Shown: positions 8,496 through 17,830, numbered from the stretch's first letter. The stretch: 64,000 nt of DNA from Acidobacteria bacterium UBA2161 (GCA_002328835.1 DCWN01000042.1:1086-65085), one strand, 5' to 3'. Translations and numbers: made by a program. The notes: generated by a model from the sequence alone, not told the origin.

Positions 8496-9896
8496 TTACT
8501 CGTGAACCAGCGCGGCGCCGAAGAACGCGTCGAGCGCGTGGGCGTGGGGATAGGTGCGCAGGTGCCCCGCCGCGTCGATGGTCGAGGTGAGGCCCACCCC
8601 ACCCTTGAAGTCCGATGGCTGCTGGCGGAAGGTCGGAGACGAGGCGAGGAAGGCCTCGACGACGCGTTCATTCTCCTCGGGCTCGCTGGAACAGGTGGCG
8701 TAGACGAGGCGACCGCCGGGGCGTACCGTCGCCGCGGCTGAGCGGAGCATCGCGAGTTGACGCGCGGCCAGGCGGTCGGGGTCGTCCGGGCCACGCCGCC
8801 AGCGAATCTCGGGATCGCGTCGGATGGTGCCGAGTCCGGTGCAGGGCGCATCGACCAGCACACCGTCGAACACGGGACCGAACGGTGCGCCGCGCGTGAG
8901 GTCGGCCGCGATGAGGTGCGCGACTCCGGCTCCGGCCTGTTCGACCGTTTCGGCGAGGAGCGCCAACCGGCGCTCCCGGGCGTCGCCCGCGACGAGGAGG
9001 CCACGGTTCGCCATCGCTGCGGCCATCGACACCGTCTTTCCCCCAGGGGCCGCGCAGGCGTCGAAGACCCGGTGTCCGGGCGCCGCGTGGACCAGCGGGG
9101 CGATGAGCTGGGAGGCTTCGTCCTGCACGAAGAAGTCGCCGCTGGAGGCAAGGTCGGTGAGCAGCGGATTGCCAGCGGTCACAACGAGGCCGTTCGGAGC
9201 GTATCGGGCGGGCTCGACGCTGACGGCCCGCTCTGCGAGGCGGGTCGTCAGCGTCTCGGCGTCGGTGCGCAGGGTGTTCACCCGAAGGCTCAGCCGCGCC
9301 GGGCGATTGTTGAATTCGGTCCACGCCACCGTCGCGGCGTACCCGTAGCGATCGAGCCAGCGCTCGACGAGCCAAGCTGGGTGGGACTGGGTGGTGCTCA
9401 GGAAGCGGACGGCGGTTTGTCGGAGTTGGTCTGGCCAGTTCGAGAAGGACAGGGATGCGACGGCGGCGAGCGCGTCCTCGGGTGGCGGCGGTGGCAGGGG
9501 AAGATCGGGCTGGGCTCGGGAGAGGGCGCGGAGAACGGCGTTGGTCAGCCCGGTGGCATGGCGACGGCCGGCCGTTCGGGTGATCTCCACCGCGTCGTTG
9601 ACAACGGCGGAGGTCGGCACGCGGTCGAGGTGAACGAGTTGGTAGACGCTGATGCGGAGGACGTCGCGCACGACCGGATCGAGCTTGGTGACGGGGCGGT
9701 CCGCGAAATGCGCGACGAGGTGATCGAGCGCAGCGAGCCAGCGCAGGGTGCCCGTAACGATTTCCCCGGTCAGCGCCCGATCGCGCCGATCAGGTAGACC
9801 GGATCGAACGCGATGCAGCGCATCCGGCAGGTCGGCAGCTCGGCTCGTGACCGCCTGCAGCGCCCGAAACGCCGCAATGCGCGCTGGAGCGATCAT
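8496..9896 (-). CDS. rsmB: 16S rRNA (cytosine967-C5)-methyltransferase RsmB/Sun
   Basis: NusB-like N-terminus, FFVQDEASQL, DACAAPGGKT, DAPCTGLGT motifs. Start reset to ATG 9896, which overlaps the fmt stop (ATGA). Confidence 0.9.
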   Translation of the reverse strand: MIAPARIAAFRALQAVTSRAADLPDALHRVRSGLPDRRDRALTGEIVTGTLRWLAALDHLVAHFADRPVTKLDPVVRDVLRISVYQLVHLDRVPTSAVVNDAVEITRTAGRRHATGLTNAVLRALSRAQPDLPLPPPPPEDALAAVASLSFSNWPDQLRQTAVRFLSTTQSHPAWLVERWLDRYGYAATVAWTEFNNRPARLSLRVNTLRTDAETLTTRLAERAVSVEPARYAPNGLVVTAGNPLLTDLASSGDFFVQDEASQLIAPLVHAAPGHRVFDACAAPGGKTVSMAAAMANRGLLVAGDARERRLALLAETVEQAGAGVAHLIAADLTRGAPFGPVFDGVLVDAPCTGLGTIRRDPEIRWRRGPDDPDRLAARQLAMLRSAAATVRPGGRLVYATCSSEPEENERVVEAFLASSPTFRQQPSDFKGGVGLTSTIDAAGHLRTYPHAHALDAFFGAALVHE

Positions 9897-10840
9897 CGGG
9901 GCGCCCGGGTGGTGAAGGTCGCGCCAGCCGCGAGCGCGTGCCCGGCCAGAAACGCGGCGGCCGACATGACGGCGCGGCCCTCGGGCTGGATCGCCAGGAC
10001 CTCGACGACCGTTGCCGCTCCGGCGGAGACGACGAGCCGACCGGAGCACTCGAGAATCTGGCCTGGGCGGCCCGTGGCGGGGTGTGTGGTCACGGCTGTG
10101 CGACGGAGCACGTAGCGGGTGCCGTCGAGGTGGGTGAAGGCGTGCGGCCAGGGATGCATCGCTCGGACGTGGTTGTGGATCGCCTGGGCCGGCTGGTGCC
10201 AGTCCACCTGTCCATCGGCCTTGACGAGGCGAGGCGCGTAGGTGGCGGCGGCCTCGTCTTGCGGCTCGCCGGTCAGGTCGCCGGCGACGAAGGCATCGAG
10301 GTGCTCCAGAAGCAGCGTTGCGCCGAGGCGGCCGAGCGCGGTCTCGACGTCGGCCGCGGTGTCATCCGGGCCGATCGAATGAGCGACGCGGGCGAGGATC
10401 GGGCCGGCGTCGAGGGCGGCGACAACCCGCATGAGCGTGATCCCCGTGACGGCATCACCCGACTGAACGGCGCGCTGGATCGGCGAGGCGCCGCGATAGG
10501 CGGGCAGCAGCGAAGCGTGCAGGTTGACGAGGCCACACCTCGGGAGGGTGAGCACTTCGTCCGGGAGGATCTTGCCGTACGCCGCCACGACGCCGACGTC
10601 GGGCGCGACCGCGGCGAGCGCGTCCAGAAACTGCGGATCGCTGAGTCGTTCGGGCGTTAGCGTCGTCACTCCGTGCGCCAGCGCGAGCGACTTGGTCTCG
10701 GAAGGTAAGAGACGGTTGCCGCGACCACGCCGTCGGTCGGGCTGGGTCACGAGCGCTACGACGTCGTGCGACGACGCGAGCAGAGCAGTGAGCGACGGAA
10801 GGGCAAAGGGCGGAGTCCCGAAGAACGCGACCGTCACCAT
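9893..10840 (-). CDS. fmt: methionyl-tRNA formyltransferase
   Basis: FFGTPPFALPSL, NLHASLLPAYRGASPIQ motif. Confidence 0.95.
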   Translation of the reverse strand: MVTVAFFGTPPFALPSLTALLASSHDVVALVTQPDRRRGRGNRLLPSETKSLALAHGVTTLTPERLSDPQFLDALAAVAPDVGVVAAYGKILPDEVLTLPRCGLVNLHASLLPAYRGASPIQRAVQSGDAVTGITLMRVVAALDAGPILARVAHSIGPDDTAADVETALGRLGATLLLEHLDAFVAGDLTGEPQDEAAATYAPRLVKADGQVDWHQPAQAIHNHVRAMHPWPHAFTHLDGTRYVLRRTAVTTHPATGRPGQILECSGRLVVSAGAATVVEVLAIQPEGRAVMSAAAFLAGHALAAGATFTTRAPR

Positions 10841-11343
10841 TTCCCGGTCCGTCGAAGCTTGCCAATGCGGCGGACGATCACATCGCGTTTGATTCCGCGC
10901 AGGCGGTCAACGAACAGCGTGCCATCCAAGTGGTCCATCTCGTGCTGGAGCGCGCGCGCCAGCAAGTCGCTCCCTTCGATTCTGAGCGGCTGTCCGTCAC
11001 GGTCGAGGCCGGTCACGACCACGCAGGCGGGCCGAGCGACCGTGGCGCTGAAGCCCGGGAGACTCAAGCAGCCCTCTTCCTCGAGTTGCATGCCATCCCG
11101 AGATTCGAACTGCGGGTTCACGAGAGCCAGCAGTTCGCTCACAGATTGTCCGACCGAGACATCGATGACGAAGACACGGCGGTCGACGCCGATCTGGGGC
11201 GCCGCGAGGCCCACGCCCGGGGCGGCGTACATGGTTTGGATCATGTCGTCGATCAGCGTGCGGACCTCGTCAGTCACCGCATCCACGGGTGAGGCAGGCT
11301 GCTGGAGGCCCCGGTCGCCGTACTTGAGAATCGGACGGATCAT
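10834..11343 (-). CDS. def: peptide deformylase
   Basis: GVGLAAPQIG, EGCLSLPG, HEMDHLDG metal-binding motifs. Confidence 0.95.
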   Translation of the reverse strand: MIRPILKYGDRGLQQPASPVDAVTDEVRTLIDDMIQTMYAAPGVGLAAPQIGVDRRVFVIDVSVGQSVSELLALVNPQFESRDGMQLEEEGCLSLPGFSATVARPACVVVTGLDRDGQPLRIEGSDLLARALQHEMDHLDGTLFVDRLRGIKRDVIVRRIGKLRRTGKW

Positions 11344-11364
11344 CGCGGCGCGTCGGACTGGCCG

Positions 11365-12594
11365 TCAGGACGTGGCGGTGCCGGCCGCGGCGTCGAGCCG
11401 CGTGCGTGTGAGCGTCGCCGAGGCGGCCACGTGCCGTGTGATCTCCTCGACGGAGTCGCCTCCGAACTTCTCGAGAAACGCGTCGGCGACAACCAGCGAG
11501 ACCATCGCCTCGGCTACGACGGCAGCGGCGGGCACCGCGCAGACGTCACTGCGTTCGACCGTGGCCTCCGCCTCGGTCATCGTGGCGAGATCGACCGAGC
11601 GCAACGGCTTCATCAACGTGGAGATCGGCTTCATGTAGCCCGAGACACGCAGGTCTTCACCGTTGGTCATGCCGCCTTCGAGACCGCCGGCGTTGTTGGT
11701 CGGCCGGACGACGCCGAACGGCCGAGGTGCGGCGTCGTCGGGCTTGGACGGCAGAACAATCTCATCGTGGACCTGCGAACCCGGCAAGGCCGCCGCTGCC
11801 GGGCCACGCCCGATCCCCACCGCCTTGATCGCGGGAATCGACATGACCGCTTGAGCCAGGCGGCCGTCCAGCTTCCGGTCCCATTGTACGTAGCTGCCAA
11901 GGCCCACGGGCAGGCCGCGGACGATCACCTCGAAGGTACCCCCCAGGGTGTCGCCAGCGTCGCGGGCGGCATCGATCGCGGCGATCATCTCGTGTTCGGT
12001 GTCGGGGTCGACACACTGCAGTGGCGCATCCATCGGGAGGGCTCGGACAGTCTCGAACGCCACGGTCGGGGCGTCGAGCGTGACGCCGCCGATGGCGATG
12101 ACGTGACTCGTGATGTCGATAGCGAAGGCTTCGAGGAGTTGCCGCGCGACGGCACCGGCCGCGACGCGGGCCGCGGTTTCCCTGGCACTGGCCCGCTCGA
12201 GGATGTCGCGGAGATCGCTCCGAGCGTACTTGATCGTACCCGCGAGGTCGGCGTGCCCGGGCCGAGGGCGGGACACCGGTGGCTTCCGGTTGGCGGCAGG
12301 CGCATCGGGTGGCGGCGACTCGACTGGCATCGTCTGTTCCCAGTTCGGCCAGTCCTTGTTGTTGACCTGCATGGCGATCGGGCCGCCGAGCGTTTGCCCG
12401 TCCCGGACGCCGGAAAGGATTGCAGCGCGATCAGATTCGATCGCCATGCGACGGCCGCGCCCATAGCCGCCCTGACGTCGACGCATCTGGGCGGTGATGG
12501 CGTCGAAGTCGAGTGCGAGGCCGGCAGGAACCCCTTCGAGGATGACGACGAGGCCACGGCCATGCGACTCGCCGGCCGTGAGAAATCTCAACAT
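11365..12594 (-). CDS. aroC: chorismate synthase
   Basis: Start reset to MLRFLTAGESHGRGL (12594). GGYGRGRRM and the rest is typical AroC. Confidence 0.95.
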   Translation of the reverse strand: MLRFLTAGESHGRGLVVILEGVPAGLALDFDAITAQMRRRQGGYGRGRRMAIESDRAAILSGVRDGQTLGGPIAMQVNNKDWPNWEQTMPVESPPPDAPAANRKPPVSRPRPGHADLAGTIKYARSDLRDILERASARETAARVAAGAVARQLLEAFAIDITSHVIAIGGVTLDAPTVAFETVRALPMDAPLQCVDPDTEHEMIAAIDAARDAGDTLGGTFEVIVRGLPVGLGSYVQWDRKLDGRLAQAVMSIPAIKAVGIGRGPAAAALPGSQVHDEIVLPSKPDDAAPRPFGVVRPTNNAGGLEGGMTNGEDLRVSGYMKPISTLMKPLRSVDLATMTEAEATVERSDVCAVPAAAVVAEAMVSLVVADAFLEKFGGDSVEEITRHVAASATLTRTRLDAAAGTATS

Positions 12595-12732
12595 CGTGGA
12601 TTCATTGTATACGAAGAATTTGCGTCTCTTTCGCCGCCGAGCAGGTGTGCGCAACGCGGCGCGCGACGTTTAGGCGTGAATGCGGCGGCAATCTTGCACT
12701 GAGTGTGTCGGGGCGATCATGAGCGACGGAAG

Positions 12733-13677
12733 ATGATCCAGGAAGACCTCGGAGCCTTCGGGATCGCAGGCGACAGCTCGGTCATTCGGGATCTACGACA
12801 AACGATTCGAGACGCGGCGACCTCACCGTACCCGGTCCTCGTGGAGGGTGAGAGCGGCAGCGGAAAGGAATTGGTCGCGAGTGCCGTGCATCGCTTGAGT
12901 CCTCGAGCCGCGCGTCCGCTCTGCCCGCTCAACTGCGCCGCCGTGACGGATGAACTGTTCGAAGCGGAGCTGTTTGGGTTCGCCCGGGGGGCCTTTACGG
13001 GTGCGGTGCGCGAACGTCGCGGCTTGTTCGAGGAGGCTGACTCGGGGGCCGTGTTCCTCGATGAGGTGGCGGAGTTGTCAGCCCGGGCGCAGGCGAAGCT
13101 TCTCAGGACGCTGCAGGAGGGCGAGATTCGACGCCTGGGTGAGAACAGGCCCCGCCGGGTCGACGTGCGGGTGATCGCCGCCACGAATCGGCCGCTCGCG
13201 GCCGAGGTCGACGCCGGCCGATTCCGGCGCGACCTCTGGTACCGGCTCGACGTCGTGCGTATCGCGGTGCCCGCGCTGCGGGACCAGCCGGGGGACGTGC
13301 GGCTCCTGGCGAGACGATTCTGGGGCGAGGCCGCTCGGGCCGTCGGAAACTGCGCCGTACTCGACTCAGAGGCGATCGACGTGCTGACAGGTTACTCGTG
13401 GCCTGGGAACGTCCGTGAATTGCAGAACGTGATGACCGCGCTGGCGGTCACTGGACCGCGCCGTGGCCGGGTTCGAGCGTGCAACCTCCCGCGGGTCATC
13501 GCTGACGGCCGTGGGCGAGTCGCGCTCACCCTGCACGAGGCGCGGCGAACGTTCGAGCGCCGCCATGTCCGTGAAGCGCTCGCGCAAGTGGGCGGCCACC
13601 GGGGCAAGGCGGCTCGCGCGCTCGGCGTCAGCCGCCAGGGGCTGGCCAAACTCATCAAGCGGCTGGAGGTTGCGTGA
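12733..13677 (+). CDS. sigma-54-dependent transcriptional activator, AAA+ plus Fis-type HTH only (PspF-like architecture)
   Basis: Walker A GESGSGKE, intact GAFTGA loop (FARGAFTGAV), Walker B VFLDEV, C-terminal HTH GKAARALGVSRQGLAKLIKRL. Only about 15-25 residues precede the AAA+ core. The ORF could also start at GTG 12703. Confidence 0.85.
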   Translation: MIQEDLGAFGIAGDSSVIRDLRQTIRDAATSPYPVLVEGESGSGKELVASAVHRLSPRAARPLCPLNCAAVTDELFEAELFGFARGAFTGAVRERRGLFEEADSGAVFLDEVAELSARAQAKLLRTLQEGEIRRLGENRPRRVDVRVIAATNRPLAAEVDAGRFRRDLWYRLDVVRIAVPALRDQPGDVRLLARRFWGEAARAVGNCAVLDSEAIDVLTGYSWPGNVRELQNVMTALAVTGPRRGRVRACNLPRVIADGRGRVALTLHEARRTFERRHVREALAQVGGHRGKAARALGVSRQGLAKLIKRLEVA

Positions 13678-13686
13678 AGGCCGACC

Positions 13687-14973
13687 TCACCCGAACATCG
13701 CGTTGACGATCGCGACGGCGGCGAGCACGCCTGCCAGGTCGGCAAGCAGACAGGCCGGCAAGGCGTGGCGGGTACGGACGATGCCGACGGCACCGAAATA
13801 GACCGCGAGGGTGTAGAAGGTCGTCTCGGTGCTGCCCTGGAAGGTGCTGACCATGTAGCCGATGAGCGAGTCCGGGCCATGGGCGGTCATCGCCTCGGCC
13901 ATGACCCCGAAGGCCCCCGAGCCCGTGAGTGGCCGGAGGACGGCCATCGGGAGCGCCTCCGCGGGCATGCCGATGAGGCTGGTCACCGGACCAACCACGG
14001 TCACCATGAGCTCGATGCCGCCCGATGCGCGGAGCATGCCGACGGCGACCAGGATCGCGACGAGGAACGGGATGATCCGCAGCGCGACGTCGAAGCCTTG
14101 CTTGGCGCCCGCGACGAGCGACTCGTAGACCGGGACACCGCGCTGCCATCCGTACAGGGTCAGCGCGGCCACCAGTGCGGGCAGCATCCAGAACGACGAC
14201 ACGCTACGCACGAGGCTCGTCGTCTCGTCGCTCACCCCGGACGCGGCCAGGAACCGAACGAGCAACGCCACGAAGACCAGCCAGAACAGCCAGACCGCCC
14301 ACCGTCGGCGCGAGTGGCCATCTGCCGAGTCGGGCGTCAGCGTCTCCGAGGCCGTGGTCGTGGCGACAGCGACGACGGGCGGCTCGGTCGCACGATAGCG
14401 CGGCAGCCGCGAGAGCAAGATCGCCGCCAGGATACCCACGACGGTGGCCGAGCCGCTGGCGACCCACGTGGGAAAGAAGATTCCGGCAGCATCCTGCGAG
14501 CCGAGTGACGCGCGCAACCCGACCACGCCTGAGGGCAGGATCGCCAGGCCCGCGGTGTTGATCGCGAGGAAGAGGACCATGGCGTTGCTGGCCGTGCCCT
14601 TGTTTCCGTTGAGCGAGTTCAACTCCTCCATGGCGCGGATGCCGAACGGCGTCGCCGCGTTCCCCAGGCCGAGCATGTTGCTCGAGATGTTCAGGATCAT
14701 CGCGCTCATCGCCGGATGATCGACCGGCACCTCCGGGAAGAGGCGCTGCAGCAGCGGGCCGATGGCGCGGGCGATGCGGCGGGCGAGTCCGCCGTCCTCC
14801 GCCACGCGCATCAGGCCCAGAAAGAACGCCATGACGCCGACCAGGCCGATGGCGAGCGTGACGGCGTCCCGAGCAGAGTCGATGATGGCCTGCGTCAGCA
14901 CCTCCATCCGCCCGGTGTACCCAGCGAGCAGGATCGAGGTAATGACGGCAAAAACGAAGAGGCCGTTGAGCAT
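13687..14973 (-). CDS. nucleoside-recognition (Gate) domain membrane protein, fused SpmA/SpmB-like
   Basis: 428 aa polytopic membrane protein with two Gate-like halves (LLQRLFPEVP..., ISSNMLGLGNAATPFG). Confidence 0.7.
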   Translation of the reverse strand: MLNGLFVFAVITSILLAGYTGRMEVLTQAIIDSARDAVTLAIGLVGVMAFFLGLMRVAEDGGLARRIARAIGPLLQRLFPEVPVDHPAMSAMILNISSNMLGLGNAATPFGIRAMEELNSLNGNKGTASNAMVLFLAINTAGLAILPSGVVGLRASLGSQDAAGIFFPTWVASGSATVVGILAAILLSRLPRYRATEPPVVAVATTTASETLTPDSADGHSRRRWAVWLFWLVFVALLVRFLAASGVSDETTSLVRSVSSFWMLPALVAALTLYGWQRGVPVYESLVAGAKQGFDVALRIIPFLVAILVAVGMLRASGGIELMVTVVGPVTSLIGMPAEALPMAVLRPLTGSGAFGVMAEAMTAHGPDSLIGYMVSTFQGSTETTFYTLAVYFGAVGIVRTRHALPACLLADLAGVLAAVAIVNAMFG

Positions 14974-14979
14974 GAACGG

Positions 14980-16251
14980 TCAGGGCGAGGGTGGCCGGCC
15001 AGCGGTCGGCGGCGCGATCTCATCCGCCAGGCGCAGCCAGCGCGCTTCGGCGGTGTCGTCGGCCAACTGGCCGGACAGTTCGCCCAGTCGGCGGGCCGCC
15101 GCGGCTCGGGCCATTGGCGTCATGGCATGCTGAGCCAGGGCGTCGTACGAGCTCAGCGCATCGCGAGCGGCACGGAGCTGGCCGGCCTGCAGCGCGAGGG
15201 CGGCCAGATGGCGGTAGGCGTCGGGGTCGATCGGAAAGCGCTGGCTGGCCGTCTGAAAGGCATCAAGCGCGCTGTCGAGATCATCGGCCAGCAGCAGCGC
15301 TCGCCCGCGGAGGACGTAGGCGGCACTGGTGTTCACGCCCTGGACGATTGATTCGTCGAGCGCTTCGAGGGCCTTCCCGAGAGCCGACGGGTCGGCGCGC
15401 TGGTCGGCCACATCGAGCCAGATTCTACCGAGGGCGACGTAGAAGTGGGGTTGATCGGGGTATCGCTCGGCAGCCCGGCCCAACGCCAGGACTGCCAGGT
15501 CCGAACGACCGGCATCCGCGTGCGCCAGACCTAGCGCGACCTGGTGCTGTGGGCGATCGAGATTGAGGGCCGCGAGGGCCTCGAGTTGATCGATCCGCTC
15601 CTCGTGGAGTCCGAGTGTCGAGAGCAGGTCCGCCAGCTCGAGTCGGCCCTCCGTCTCGGCCGGGGCCAGTCGAACGGCGACACGAAGCGCCGCGACGGCC
15701 GCATCGAGTTGATCTTGAGCGCGCAACGACAGGCCGAGGAGGTAGTGCGCCTCGGCGAGACGCGGGTCCAGGGCGACGGCGTCGCGGAGGGCGGAGACGG
15801 CCGTGGCGGCGTTGCCGTTGCGGTACCGACTGAGGCCCAGCTTGTACAGGATGCGCGGTGCTTCCGCGTCGAGGCGCAGGTAGTCGAGGAATCGGGCTTC
15901 GGCGTTCGCGTACTGGCCGAGCCCGGCGTTGACGTCGCCGAGTTGTTCGAGCGGACGAGTGGCCGTGGCGTCGAGCCGGGCGGCCGAACGCAGGTCGCGC
16001 AGCGCGGCGGCCAATTCACCGCGCCGGCGGTAGGTCTCGCCGCGCTTCAGGTGGGCCAGCATCGCGTCCGGTTTCCGCGCCACGGCACCGCTGAACGCTT
16101 CGATGGCCAGGAAGGTGTCTCCGGTGGCGACGGCCGCGTCGCCGTTGGCGATGAGGCGCCGATACTCGCGATCGTCACGGACGGCGGTGTACGCGAGGAC
16201 GCCCGCGATACCGGCTGCCAGCAGGATGCCGGCCATGACCACACGGTTCAC
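14980..16251 (-). CDS. membrane-anchored TPR repeat protein
   Basis: N-terminal TM helix, then repeated TPR-like 34-mers (AHLKRGETYRRRGELAAALRDL, YKLGLSRYRNGNAATAVSAL, HYLLGLSLRAQDQLDAAVAAL). Confidence 0.7.
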   Translation of the reverse strand: MNRVVMAGILLAAGIAGVLAYTAVRDDREYRRLIANGDAAVATGDTFLAIEAFSGAVARKPDAMLAHLKRGETYRRRGELAAALRDLRSAARLDATATRPLEQLGDVNAGLGQYANAEARFLDYLRLDAEAPRILYKLGLSRYRNGNAATAVSALRDAVALDPRLAEAHYLLGLSLRAQDQLDAAVAALRVAVRLAPAETEGRLELADLLSTLGLHEERIDQLEALAALNLDRPQHQVALGLAHADAGRSDLAVLALGRAAERYPDQPHFYVALGRIWLDVADQRADPSALGKALEALDESIVQGVNTSAAYVLRGRALLLADDLDSALDAFQTASQRFPIDPDAYRHLAALALQAGQLRAARDALSSYDALAQHAMTPMARAAAARRLGELSGQLADDTAEARWLRLADEIAPPTAGRPPSP

Positions 16252-16272
16252 GCCGCTATGGTAGCAAGAACC

Positions 16273-16300
16273 GGAACCTTTTCGGGTTCGGCTGGTCTAA
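16273..16300 (+). promoter_or_regulatory. candidate ECF-type autoregulatory promoter (GGAAC-N17-GTCTAA)
   Basis: GGAAC at 16273-16277 and GTCTAA at 16295-16300 resemble the RpoE-type -35/-10 consensus. About 55-70 nt upstream of the ECF sigma gene. Confidence 0.35.
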
Positions 16301-16352
16301 CGGTACAGGGTCGAACGAACGCTCCCGGAAACCGGGTAGATTCGAGGCGCGA

Positions 16353-16994
16353 GTGGTAAGATCCAGTTCGATGGGGGTGAGATCGGCGCGCGCGGCGGAG
16401 TGGACCGAGGTCGGTGAGGGCGAGGCGGCCTTGATCCAGCGATGCGCTCAGGGCGACGAGGACGCGTGCTCGGAGCTCGTCGAACAGCAGCAGCGGATGG
16501 TGTACGGCCTGGCGTACCACCTCCTGGGCGACCATCACGAGGCGCTGGACCTCTCACAGGAAGTCTTCCTCCGCGTCTTTCGCACCATTCACGGGTTCCG
16601 CGGCCAGTCAGCGCTGCGGACTTGGATCTACCGGATCGTCGTCAACCAGGCGCGGAACAGGCAGCGCTGGTGGCGGCGTCGACGTCGTGACGCCCAGGTG
16701 TCACTCGACGACCACATTCGAGCCAACGGCGAGTTGCGGACGAGCGCGAGCGAAGCCTCGCCCGACGGGGTGCTGCGACAGCGCGAGCTCGCCGAACGGC
16801 TCTGGACGGCCCTCGCGCGCCTGCCGTTCGAGCAGCGTTCGGCGATCGTGCTTCGCGAGGTCGACGGCCTGAGCTACGAGGAGATCGGCTTCTCACTCGG
16901 CGTGGCCGTCGGCACCGTGAAATCTCGGCTCGCACGCGCGCGCGGCACGCTGCGGGGTGAACTCAAGGAAGTGAGGGATGCATGGCGCGGATGA
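16353..16994 (+). CDS. RNA polymerase ECF-type sigma-70 factor
   Basis: Region 2 (LSQEVFLRVFRTIHGFRGQSALRTWIYRIVVNQARN) and region 4 (LPFEQRSAIVLREVDGLSYEEIGFSLGVAVGTVKSRLARAR). The start may be ATG 16371. Confidence 0.9.
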   Translation: MVRSSSMGVRSARAAEWTEVGEGEAALIQRCAQGDEDACSELVEQQQRMVYGLAYHLLGDHHEALDLSQEVFLRVFRTIHGFRGQSALRTWIYRIVVNQARNRQRWWRRRRRDAQVSLDDHIRANGELRTSASEASPDGVLRQRELAERLWTALARLPFEQRSAIVLREVDGLSYEEIGFSLGVAVGTVKSRLARARGTLRGELKEVRDAWRG

Positions 16995-17779
16995 CCTGCC
17001 GGCGGGTGCGCCGCATGTTGGGGGACTTCCACGACGGGGAACTGTCGGTAGGGCGGCAGATCGCGGTCGAGGCGCACCTGCACCACTGCCCGTCGTGCCA
17101 ACGTGCGCTGACCGGCGTCGCGGCGATCGGACAGAGCGTTCGGGATGGCTCGATCGGTCGCGATGTGACGCCCGAAGAACTCGCGGGTTTGGCGGGCGCG
17201 GTCGTCAGCCGGTTCAAGGCCGAAGAAGCGCAGACCCTCGGAAGCCGGATGAACCGGATGTTCGATGACATGCACCTGGTCTGGGCGGGCCTGGCTGGCA
17301 CGGTCGCGCTGTTGTGCTGCGTGGCGGCGATCTTCGGGCTGCTGTCGCTGTCGGCCTCGGGTCGGGACGATTCGCTCTCGGGCGTGATGCGGGCGATGGC
17401 CGTGGCCGTCGAGCCCCCGGCCGCGCGACCGTTCGATTGGCGAGTACGGTCAGCGCGGGTGAGTCCCGATGACGCGTTGCTCATGGTCCTGGGCCAGACG
17501 AGCACGTCTGGGCGCGAGTTTGCGGTCACTCTGTCGGGCGTTGTGACGCGTGAAGGCCGGATCGCCGATCTCGAGGTGCTGCTGTCGGACGATCGCGACC
17601 TCGATGTGCTGTTACAGGTGCTGAGTGCCGCGCCGGCGGCCCACTTCGAACCGGCCCGCGTGGCGGGAGCGCCGTTCTCCTCAAGCGTCATCTGGCTGCT
17701 GACCCACACGACGGTGCGAGCGCCGGGCCGCGTCGGCCCCGAGGCCGCCCTCCGGCTGCCACGACCCCACCAAACCTGA
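16982..17779 (+). CDS. anti-sigma factor with zf-HC2 (ZAS) N-terminus, one TM helix and a TonB-C-like extracytoplasmic domain
   Basis: HLHHCPSCQRAL contains H-x3-C-x2-C. It overlaps the sigma gene by 13 nt. TM segment LAGTVALLCCVAAIFGLL. The C-terminus GVVTREGRIADLEVL...EPARVAGAPFSSSVIWLL resembles TonB C-terminal folds. Confidence 0.8.
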   Translation: MARMTCRRVRRMLGDFHDGELSVGRQIAVEAHLHHCPSCQRALTGVAAIGQSVRDGSIGRDVTPEELAGLAGAVVSRFKAEEAQTLGSRMNRMFDDMHLVWAGLAGTVALLCCVAAIFGLLSLSASGRDDSLSGVMRAMAVAVEPPAARPFDWRVRSARVSPDDALLMVLGQTSTSGREFAVTLSGVVTREGRIADLEVLLSDDRDLDVLLQVLSAAPAAHFEPARVAGAPFSSSVIWLLTHTTVRAPGRVGPEAALRLPRPHQT

Positions 17780-17830
17780 AGAGATTCGCGGACACGACAG
17801 AAACCGGCCACACCGGCCCGACCCGGCGGG

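Noticed and set aside
12684-12698. Sigma-54-like GG-N10-GC element (cGGCggcaatcTTGCA) just upstream of the sigma-54 activator gene.
   Set aside because: The -12 TTGCA is good, but the -24 element matches only GGC of TGGCAC. No upstream activator-binding inverted repeat was seen, and self-dependence of an EBP on its own sigma-54 promoter is not compelling. Other TGGCAC occurrences (near 17290, 25575 and 32775) are inside genes and lack a TTGC at N5.
17780-17830. Possible hairpin terminator between the convergent anti-sigma and beta-propeller genes (CCGAC...GTCAGG).
   Set aside because: The stem is only about 5 bp with a bulge and no U-tract, so it is not convincing.
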